From Spirochaetia bacterium (GTDB lineage Bacteria > Spirochaetota > Spirochaetia > WTKD01 > G963693115): a DNA stretch of 64,000 nucleotides. Positions 21,622-29,873 of the stretch are shown here, piece by piece (position 1 is the stretch's first letter; the number at the start of each line of letters is the position of its first letter). The position numbers and the translations under genes were made by a program. Location: contig CBDCGX010000050.1 in NCBI GenBank assembly GCA_965216965.1, positions 44,170-108,169 of the forward strand, written 5' to 3'. Under the pieces are notes generated by a model. The model was not told the origin of the DNA, did no database searches, and saw only the letters and a list, made by a program, of their open reading frames with translations.

Positions 21622-22458
21622 TCATTGCCCTGTTTGGTTATTATTATTTCCAGTGCTTCCTTCTTGCCACTGAATAGATTCAATTGTTTCCTTCTTTCCA
21701 AGCTTGTTACCATCATAATAAAGATCTGTAAACAATCTCCTGGCAAAAATATTATCAACATATACTACAAAATCATCTACCCTTTCCTTAGGATTTGTCC
21801 ATATGGTAAGTTTAGTAATTTTTATAATAAAACTTCTATTGGTCGAATTTACATCCGACGCTCTATAAACACTTGCAGGAATATTAGCAGAAAGTATCTT
21901 CCACCCATTATAATTTAACGTTCCTAGAGATACTATAAAACGCCTTCCATTTGATAGTTCAAACTCTGCTTCTAAAGAATACAATCGACTATTACTCCAT
22001 ACATATAAACCCAAGTTAAATATAGGATAATCAAAATGTATCCCAGGCAATTGATTGCCGTCTACACCTTGTTCTGCAAACTTCTCAGAGTTTTCGTAAG
22101 GAATAATATTAACGTAATTATAATCTTTTTTATTAAAGGCCGCTCGTATAGCAAGTACTCGCATATTTTCTACATTTTCCTTTAAAAAAAGTTCTCCCAA
22201 TTCATTAGGATAAGCATTAATATATCCTATCTGAGGATACGGCTTTTGATCTGTTTTTGTTATATATCTACTTGCGTTTACCTCCCATGTAATGTCTTTT
22301 TTAATGCCACCTTCTTCAACATCAAAGTCATGAACCATTATTGTTCCCTTATCTGATCTATCAAATAAACTATACAGACTAGTATTGCTACTTTGAGCTG
22401 CCGTCGATAAAATCACTGCAAATAATATTAGTAATGATAAAAGTATTTGTCGTACCAC
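21622..22458 (-). CDS. Secreted hypothetical protein, paralog of 20859-21590. Possibly FlaA-like.
   Basis: Signal peptide (LLSLLILFAVILSTAAQ). The same conserved blocks as its neighbour. 278 aa. Confidence 0.4.
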   Translation of the reverse strand: MVRQILLSLLILFAVILSTAAQSSNTSLYSLFDRSDKGTIMVHDFDVEEGGIKKDITWEVNASRYITKTDQKPYPQIGYINAYPNELGELFLKENVENMRVLAIRAAFNKKDYNYVNIIPYENSEKFAEQGVDGNQLPGIHFDYPIFNLGLYVWSNSRLYSLEAEFELSNGRRFIVSLGTLNYNGWKILSANIPASVYRASDVNSTNRSFIIKITKLTIWTNPKERVDDFVVYVDNIFARRLFTDLYYDGNKLGKKETIESIQWQEGSTGNNNNQTGQ

Positions 22459-22776
22459 AATATATACCCCTTTTGTTTTTTCTAAGACTTTATCTAAAAA
22501 TTAGAAAATCTTATAATTCAATGTTATACTACAAAATAGTATAATTAAATTTAATTAAAATGTCTATAATTTAGAGAATCTGCTCCCAAAAAATTATAGC
22601 TTATTTATATTTTATACTACTTCATAATATTTAATCGGTATATTCCTATAAATATAAAATAGTTTTTTAATAAATAGGAAAACATACTTAATATTATGAC
22701 AATAAACACGCAATGTTTCCCGTTTTTTTCAAAATAATAAAGCATTTAAAACGTAAAAACAGCTTACACTATTGTA

Positions 22777-23878
22777 TTATCCATCTATTATTTCCATCCA
22801 CGTGTTATAAATAATCTCTGGATTATAGTTTTCTTCTACAAATTTTCTTCCTTCAATTGACATCCGATTACACAATTTATTGTTGTTATACAATAAAACA
22901 ATATTTTCTCCTATAGCATTAATATCTTTTTGTCTCACTACTATTGCCTTATCTTGAACAACATATGGAATACCTCCAGAATTAGAAGTTATTAGGGGCA
23001 TACCATTTGTCATTGCCTCCATATTTGCCATATGAAATTCTTCAGTATGACCATTAGGTTCCTCAACAGAATGAGACAAAAATAAATCATAATCATATAA
23101 TTTTGATAAAAGTTCGGCATATGGCAAGAATCCTTTTAAAAAGATATTATTCTCTAAATCATTATTTTTAATATACTCTAAATATTCGGTCATCAGTGGT
23201 CCCTGTCCATATATATCTAACGTTATATTAGGCAGTTTTTTTACTACTTGTTTCATTGCCTTTAATATATAGATATAACCTTTATCTTTAGATAACCTCC
23301 CAACAGTTACCATCTTACCACTAAATCTTTTTCTTTCCTTAAACTTTATTCTATTCTAACTGTAATGCATAGCCAAGAACTTGTGTTTTTAAATGTATTC
23401 CTTGTTCTTTATACAGCAATGGTATTTTACTATTAACACATACTACAATACTATTCTTAAATAATCTATGTATTACTTTTGCTTTCAATTTCTTTATCGC
23501 CTGTATATTTGTAACACTCTCATGAAGAATTAGCTTTCCCTTAAAATTTTTAAAATAAGATAAAAATAGATAATGAAGTCCTTCGGTAATTACAACATCA
23601 TACTTACTAAAGTCTAGATTTCCATAATACGAAACTTTTATGTATGATATATTACACTTTATTCTTAAAAAATCTAAAACATTACTTATATATTTCTTAA
23701 TTATTATATATCTATTTACAACTCCATCAAAACTCACACTTTCATCATCTAAGAAAAAAGTTACTTCATATTTATCATTTTCATGTATCCTTTTATAAAT
23801 ATGATATTCGCCAGAATCAAAAGCATTATTACGTCTTGCATTATATGGTTTAAAAACAGCTATTCTTTTTTTATACAT
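22777..23878 (-). pseudogene. GT4-family glycosyltransferase split by a frameshift into an N-domain ORF (23351-23878) and a C-domain ORF (22777-23313).
   Basis: The downstream ORF starts at the GT4 C-domain hallmark VGRLSKDKG and continues to the EX7E-like region. The upstream ORF (MYKKRIAVF...) has the layout of a GT-B N-domain. Its stop at 23351-23353 is out of frame by 1 nt with the C-domain ORF. A c/t-rich run lies at the junction (23314-23340). Confidence 0.6.
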
Positions 23879-23912
23879 TATATATACATATTGTAGAATA
23901 TTATAGTTATAT

Positions 23913-24953
23913 TTATTCTGTACTAGAAATAGTAGTAAGCCGATATATTTTTGCAGACACAAATAATGCATCTTGAAATATTGCAGAAAGCGGTGCATTA
24001 ATCCATGCATGTGCTTGTCTATCTTCGGGAATACTCTTTCTCAAAAGATTCATATTATTATTCCACCCTCCTATATAGAAAATATTTTGTACATATTCTT
24101 TATATTTTCCTTGATACAATTCTTTCAAGGTCCTCTGCGTATGAGGTCCAACATATAAAAGCATTATATCATTCTTTAAATTTATCTTTTTTATCTGTTC
24201 TTGTGTAAATAAATCAGAGCTAGGCGTACGGTTATAATGTGACATATTTACCGTAATATTAGGTGCAAGCAAATAAAAATATCGTAAAAAAACTTGTAGA
24301 GTACGACGTACATTAATATCTACTACATCTGTAAATATATATAACTGGGGTAATGCAACAGAATCATCTGTTATTTTAGTCATCTTTCTTGATTGTTTTG
24401 CAATATCTTTTGCAAGTGCTACAGTGGCATACGAATAATCTATCGTCATGAAATTTTCATCTCTTTGCAATCCTGTATTTTCAAGAATATGTGGCATTAA
24501 CCTTCCACATTGACCTCTTTGTTTGTATATATTATTTGCCTGCAATGGCGAATAATATAAAAAAAGTGGAGATAATATAAGCATCCGAGCTTGTGTAGCA
24601 TGCAAGAACTTCCGCATAGAAAGTTCTTTGTTATTTTCCCATAAACTTATATTCACTCTTACATTATTTACAAACAAAACCTTATTAGGATTATCAACTG
24701 TTACATAAAGAGTCGAAGATTTTCCATACCTCTGCGATAGTGTATAAAAACGACTATATTCTTCTGATACTCCTTCTATAAAACTTACTGCAAAAAAAGG
24801 ATCACTTAAAAGCACAACATCCTCAGAATATGCAGTACTACACCGCTTTCTTTCTAGTATGGTATTAATATGTTCTGAGGATTCTTTCTGAACACAAGAA
24901 ATGAGAAATAGTAAGAGAAAGAAAATGGTTATGGTTTTTTTTTTATTTTTCAT
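23913..24953 (-). CDS. Hypothetical lipoprotein.
   Basis: MKNKKKTITIFFLLLFLISC lipobox. 346 aa with no recognised domain. The lysine run is encoded by an (A)10 tract (plus-strand T10 at 24935-24944). Confidence 0.55.
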   Translation of the reverse strand: MKNKKKTITIFFLLLFLISCVQKESSEHINTILERKRCSTAYSEDVVLLSDPFFAVSFIEGVSEEYSRFYTLSQRYGKSSTLYVTVDNPNKVLFVNNVRVNISLWENNKELSMRKFLHATQARMLILSPLFLYYSPLQANNIYKQRGQCGRLMPHILENTGLQRDENFMTIDYSYATVALAKDIAKQSRKMTKITDDSVALPQLYIFTDVVDINVRRTLQVFLRYFYLLAPNITVNMSHYNRTPSSDLFTQEQIKKINLKNDIMLLYVGPHTQRTLKELYQGKYKEYVQNIFYIGGWNNNMNLLRKSIPEDRQAHAWINAPLSAIFQDALFVSAKIYRLTTISSTE

Positions 24954-24976
24954 ATCTTTTCCACAAAGGAATATAA

Positions 24977-25636
24977 CTAAGCATAAAGGCTCTGATATCT
25001 TTTATAAGTGGAGATTTGTACAACAGTGAAAATACATAAAACCACCACAATTATTCCAAATAGCATTCTTTCTATATTTGCTACTACCGCAGATGACACA
25101 GAAAACACCCCTGCTATAAATATGATTATGGAAAAACCCACTAAAAATACAGAATGTACTTTTCTAATAACAAACATACATACAATAATCAACAACGATA
25201 GTCTAATAATTGGAAATAAGAAATATTCTATATATAGAAAAAAATTTTTTGCTATTAAAAATGTTGTAAATGCATAGAATAATTCTGTAAGGCAAGCACA
25301 TATAATAATATATTCTTTGATCCACCAAGACTCCTTTCTAAGAAATACATATTGCCACACAAGGATTACTACAGGTATAGATATATTTATTATGCTATAT
25401 ATTAAAAAAAACCTTGAAGTATAAGTCACATATGTTCTACTTATAAAATAGCGAAATAGTAAAAGCAATGGCACTAATAGAAAGAGTATCAGCATAGATG
25501 ATATCTTAACCGCTTGAAGAAAAATAGCATTATGTATAATGTGCTCTTTTCCTTCGGGCGTATTGTATGAAAACATTCTTACACTCATAAAAAACAAGAA
25601 TACAAGGAGTGGGTTGAGTACCATGAACAAATACAC
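24977..25636 (-). CDS. Hypothetical polytopic membrane protein.
   Basis: 219 aa, six or more hydrophobic helices, no motif recognised. Coupled to the upstream lipoprotein gene. Confidence 0.5.
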   Translation of the reverse strand: MYLFMVLNPLLVFLFFMSVRMFSYNTPEGKEHIIHNAIFLQAVKISSMLILFLLVPLLLLFRYFISRTYVTYTSRFFLIYSIINISIPVVILVWQYVFLRKESWWIKEYIIICACLTELFYAFTTFLIAKNFFLYIEYFLFPIIRLSLLIIVCMFVIRKVHSVFLVGFSIIIFIAGVFSVSSAVVANIERMLFGIIVVVLCIFTVVQISTYKRYQSLYA

Positions 25637-25712
25637 ACCATTATTATATCAAAATATAATGTAAATTATGGCACACTAACGTAATATTTAATATATATTA
25701 TAATTATGATAT

Positions 25713-25786
25713 CGGGCTGTAGCGCAGTTGGTTAGCGCACAAGTCTGGGGGACTTGGGGTCGCTGGTTCGAGTCCAGTCAGCCCGA
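25713..25786 (+). tRNA. tRNA-Pro (anticodon GGG).
   Basis: Acceptor CGGGCTG/CAGCCCG, D-stem GCGC/GCGC, anticodon stem CAAGT/ACTTG with loop CTGGGGG, T-stem GCTGG/CCAGT with loop TTCGAGT, discriminator A. No encoded CCA. Confidence 0.85.
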
Positions 25787-25883
25787 TTAAGATTATTATT
25801 CTTAACGATCATTGTAGGTATACAAAACTACAGTAGTTCTACCTTGCTTGACATAATACATATGCTTATCATATGCTATAAAC

Positions 25884-26339
25884 ATGATGAAATACGCATA
25901 CTCTTTAATTATTGTGGTTGCTTTTCTGTCTATTATAAGTTGTGTCTCTAGTATTTTAGAAAAAGTAGATAATACAGACAATTTAACTATCAAACTGGCA
26001 ATTGCGAGAGACATGATTGCACAGACTCGATTTACTCTTGCACAAGAAATATTTAATCGCATAAAAGAACAAAATCCTACTGACGCCGCTCTTGCAGTAA
26101 CAATAAACTACGAACTTGGATTTATCTTGTTAAAAAAGAAACACTACGAAGAAGCCGCTCAGCATTTCAACGAGCTCATAGCATCATATGATAATTTCTC
26201 AAACAATAGCAAGATCCCTCAATGGCCATATTATTTAAGTAAAAAATTACTCAACGATACAATTACACCAGTATTAGATAAACGTCGACTTCGTAAAGAG
26301 AAAAAAACAAAAAATAAGCAAAAACTCTCACAAGAATAA
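25884..26339 (+). CDS. Small hypothetical lipoprotein with helical-repeat (TPR-like) character.
   Basis: Signal VAFLSIISC, followed by AAQHFNELIASYD-type helical pairs and a lysine-rich tail. Confidence 0.5.
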   Translation: MMKYAYSLIIVVAFLSIISCVSSILEKVDNTDNLTIKLAIARDMIAQTRFTLAQEIFNRIKEQNPTDAALAVTINYELGFILLKKKHYEEAAQHFNELIASYDNFSNNSKIPQWPYYLSKKLLNDTITPVLDKRRLRKEKKTKNKQKLSQE

Positions 26340-26354
26340 TATTGCTATAGAGTT

Positions 26355-29300
26355 TTATATATAAAGCTCTATAGTGCTGCCTCTTAAATTCATCGCACTT
26401 TCTTTTAACATTTTTTGCTTTCTTTCAATAAGGTGTTTGAAAATATCGTATTCCGTATAATGTGCATTTACGCATACGCACTCTCCATTGCGGAGGTAGC
26501 ATAATACTGTCTCTATGGATTCTACTGGCAAAGAAAAATATGTGCTTACAGCATATCTATATGCATCAAGTTGCAGCGTGTGATGTTGTGGATGTTTATA
26601 TCTATCTGTTTTATAATCGACAATGGTACATATTCCTTTTTCTTGTTTTTCACTCTTACTAAGAAGACAGGGGTTCTTTGAAAAGAATATTACATCTATT
26701 GTGCAATTCATGTACACATCAAAATCCTTACTATATAGTAAAAATTTCTGCTCTGCAATAACATGAGACGTGCTATTATTACTCCTCGTATTCCATATAG
26801 AAGTTTGTAAAAAATTCCCTACACAACGATCTACAGAAGAAGCAAGTATGTCTTTTTCAGAAGAAGTAATATCCAATAATTGTATTCCGGAAGTTATATC
26901 ATGCTGTTCATATTCTGGATTTATATTTTCACAATGACATTTAAGCAAAGAATGGCACTGTGTTCCGAAAAAGGCATACAGCCGTTTCTCAACGAGAAGG
27001 TTCTCACAAGGAAGGCTGGGAAGTAGACTTGCTTTCTCTATTGGCACTTTATAAAAAGAAACATCTTCTCCAGCCGAAGCATTTACTTCTATAATTCTTT
27101 GTTGTAAAGAACGTTCTTTTTGATTTTCATAATTACCTGCAAGTTCCTCTACAATATCTACAAACAACTCTTCAGAAATAGTATTGCTTTGTACTTCTTT
27201 TTCGTAGTATATCCCTATTCTATTTTCTATATCTTCTGAACGTATTTCCTTCTCATCAAACACATATTGTTCACTCTTCAACACTTCCAAACTAATTTCG
27301 CACCATTCAATAAATGTTTTTAAAGAAAGTTTATCGGGTGCTTCCAATATTTTCTTATATTTTTTTTCTTGTATTGTGCCTATGAGGTATAATCTTTTTT
27401 TCACACGAGTTACTCCCACATAGAATATACGAAGAAGTTCTTCCATATCTTTTGAGCTATTTTGTGTAAGAATCCTCTGAATGCCATTTTTCCCTGCAGT
27501 TCCCAATGCATAATGTTCATCTTTAGGCGATTTAAAATTAATATAATGTATACCATCTATATAAGCATGTTTTGTCGAGTAATGCCCTTTCATTTCGGCT
27601 CCTAAATGGGCAAGAACAACAACGGGAAATTCTAATCCTTTTGCCTTATGTATAGTCATAATATGCACTCCCTTTTTTGTTGTTTCTAAGAGCACCTCAG
27701 ACATTTTGAGTTCTTCGGACACCGTACCATTCTTCACTATGTGTTCAAGTTCTTTCCAAAGTGCAATGCCTCCCCTTTTTTCTGCCCATGCTACAATATT
27801 CTTAAGCATACTATACTGAGATAAAAAGGGGTGGTACTTTATATTTCTTAATAGTACATAGCGATACCCGCAAGACAGCCAAAAATGATCTAAAAGATGG
27901 GTTAAAGATTCTTCTATAAGAATTTGTTTAGCCTCATTATATTTTTCCTTCATGCGTGAAAGTCGTCCTACACAATGGGCATAGTGCTTATTCCCTTTAA
28001 TGGAAAGCGGTACATTAAAAATAGTAGTAGCATTACATTTTTGCAAGTCATCCATTATATGGATCAACGTATCATCAGAAATATTCGCTATTGGTCCCCT
28101 TAAAAACGATATATACGCAACGGTATCCTCTGGAATAAGCAAAAGTGTAAGCCATACATAAAAATCATATGCAAGTTCCTTAAGAGATCCTATGTTTTCT
28201 TCTACCATATGAGGGATGTCTTTTATAAGAAATACACTCTGTAAATATGAAGACAACTTTTTTGTATATGTAAGCACAGCTATATCAGAATAAGCATATC
28301 CTTCTTTTCGTATCTCTTCTATACATTCAGAGATATAAAATGCTTCTATTTCTTCTTTTGATTTTTTTGTTCCTTGTACATTCTCATTTTCGTTACACAT
28401 AATAATTTTTCTATATGAGACATCTGTCTGCGTAGGTGCAGAAAAAGAATTACAAGATACTTTTTGAGGAAAATATGTAACAGATGCACTTGCATTTATT
28501 ATCTCATGCCTAAAAAGAAATGAAAACCACGTATTAAAGAAATGTATGAGTTTTTCTGTGCTTCTATAATTATAAGAAAGTTCACATGTATCAAACAATG
28601 TACTTTTGATGAGTTCCAAAAACCCTTGTATATCAGCTCCTCTAAATCTATAGATAGATTGCCTCGGATCCCCCACAAAAAAGAAATGTGTTGCTTTTTT
28701 ACTTTCTTCAAAGTACTTTAATAATGTATTAAACATTCTGTTTTGCTCTACAGAGTTATCCTGTACTTCGTCTACAATAATATGAGTAAAAGAACGTAAA
28801 ATCCACTGTAATATTTCTTTGGAATGATCTACGAGATATTCTGCATATTTTGCAATGCTTTGATATGTAAAAATCTTCTTCTGTTTCTTATATGCAAACC
28901 ATTGTTGAGCCATGTTTTCTGTAAAAGCATAACAATCTTGAATCCAATCTCTATTTTTAAGTGTACACATTATTGCTTTGCAATTCTCTTGAGAATCTCT
29001 TATAGCAATTACCAAATCTTTTATAACACACACAACATCGGGAACACTCGCTAGCGACCGTGATACCCCAATAAGTGTAAACGAGGCTGTGAGATAAGGA
29101 CTATCTTCTTTCTTTATTTCAAGATCATCAATATCTGACTCTAATATTTGTATAGCAGTAGCTATGAGCTTAGAAACGCTTTTAGACGAAGAACCTTTAT
29201 TACTATTAAACATGTCTTTTATTTTCTGAGCATTCTGTCTTATATTTTGAATTTCTAATACAAATGTTTCTTGCATTTTTTGTAACATTTCTTCAGCACG

Positions 29301-29864
29301 CTTCTTTAAAGAATTATGGGATACTATTTCTACAGTATTAAGAAAAGGAATAAACAAGCTTTCTAAAAGCTCCTCTAAAGGATACAGTTTATAAAGCGTA
29401 TGAAGTACAGAATTGTTTCTTTGTAAGATAAAATAATCTACTATAAAATTTCTTATTATTTTATGAACATCTGTAGAAATACGTATATCTGTGAAACCAA
29501 TTTGCATAGATCCTAAAACAACTATTCTATTCCAAAATGAATCTATTGTAGATATATTGGAATCCTCAAAGTTCTCTACTTGTTTTCTGATAAACTCTAT
29601 ATCATTGGTATCTAACGAAAACTCTAGAAATTGTTGCGATTTAATACATTCTAAAAGAAGCTTATAAATACGCTCATACATTTCTGAAGTTGCCTTGCGA
29701 GTAAATGTAAGCACCAAAATATTTCTCAACGGCACTTTTTTACGAATAAGCAAATAAAGAACATGTGTTGCCAAAACAGTTGTCTTTCCACTCCCTGCTC
29801 CCGCAATTATAAGGCTATTGTTTTCGGAACATACCGCTTTTTTTTGTTCCTCGTTTAATTGCAC
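26355..29864 (-). CDS. addA: ATP-dependent helicase/nuclease subunit A-like protein (UvrD/Rep-family helicase with a C-terminal PD-(D/E)XK nuclease).
   Basis: Walker A IIAGAGSGKTTVL at the N-terminus. DExx box IIVDEVQD. C-terminal nuclease motif CTIVDYKTD. 1169 aa. Confidence 0.65.
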   Translation of the reverse strand: MQLNEEQKKAVCSENNSLIIAGAGSGKTTVLATHVLYLLIRKKVPLRNILVLTFTRKATSEMYERIYKLLLECIKSQQFLEFSLDTNDIEFIRKQVENFEDSNISTIDSFWNRIVVLGSMQIGFTDIRISTDVHKIIRNFIVDYFILQRNNSVLHTLYKLYPLEELLESLFIPFLNTVEIVSHNSLKKRAEEMLQKMQETFVLEIQNIRQNAQKIKDMFNSNKGSSSKSVSKLIATAIQILESDIDDLEIKKEDSPYLTASFTLIGVSRSLASVPDVVCVIKDLVIAIRDSQENCKAIMCTLKNRDWIQDCYAFTENMAQQWFAYKKQKKIFTYQSIAKYAEYLVDHSKEILQWILRSFTHIIVDEVQDNSVEQNRMFNTLLKYFEESKKATHFFFVGDPRQSIYRFRGADIQGFLELIKSTLFDTCELSYNYRSTEKLIHFFNTWFSFLFRHEIINASASVTYFPQKVSCNSFSAPTQTDVSYRKIIMCNENENVQGTKKSKEEIEAFYISECIEEIRKEGYAYSDIAVLTYTKKLSSYLQSVFLIKDIPHMVEENIGSLKELAYDFYVWLTLLLIPEDTVAYISFLRGPIANISDDTLIHIMDDLQKCNATTIFNVPLSIKGNKHYAHCVGRLSRMKEKYNEAKQILIEESLTHLLDHFWLSCGYRYVLLRNIKYHPFLSQYSMLKNIVAWAEKRGGIALWKELEHIVKNGTVSEELKMSEVLLETTKKGVHIMTIHKAKGLEFPVVVLAHLGAEMKGHYSTKHAYIDGIHYINFKSPKDEHYALGTAGKNGIQRILTQNSSKDMEELLRIFYVGVTRVKKRLYLIGTIQEKKYKKILEAPDKLSLKTFIEWCEISLEVLKSEQYVFDEKEIRSEDIENRIGIYYEKEVQSNTISEELFVDIVEELAGNYENQKERSLQQRIIEVNASAGEDVSFYKVPIEKASLLPSLPCENLLVEKRLYAFFGTQCHSLLKCHCENINPEYEQHDITSGIQLLDITSSEKDILASSVDRCVGNFLQTSIWNTRSNNSTSHVIAEQKFLLYSKDFDVYMNCTIDVIFFSKNPCLLSKSEKQEKGICTIVDYKTDRYKHPQHHTLQLDAYRYAVSTYFSLPVESIETVLCYLRNGECVCVNAHYTEYDIFKHLIERKQKMLKESAMNLRGSTIELYI

Positions 29865-29873
29865 CTTTCTACC

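Noticed and set aside
25754-25951. 65-aa plus-strand ORF (MGSLVRVQSARL...).
   Set aside because: Its 5' part overlaps the tRNA-Pro gene (25713-25786). The translation is an artefact of the tRNA sequence.
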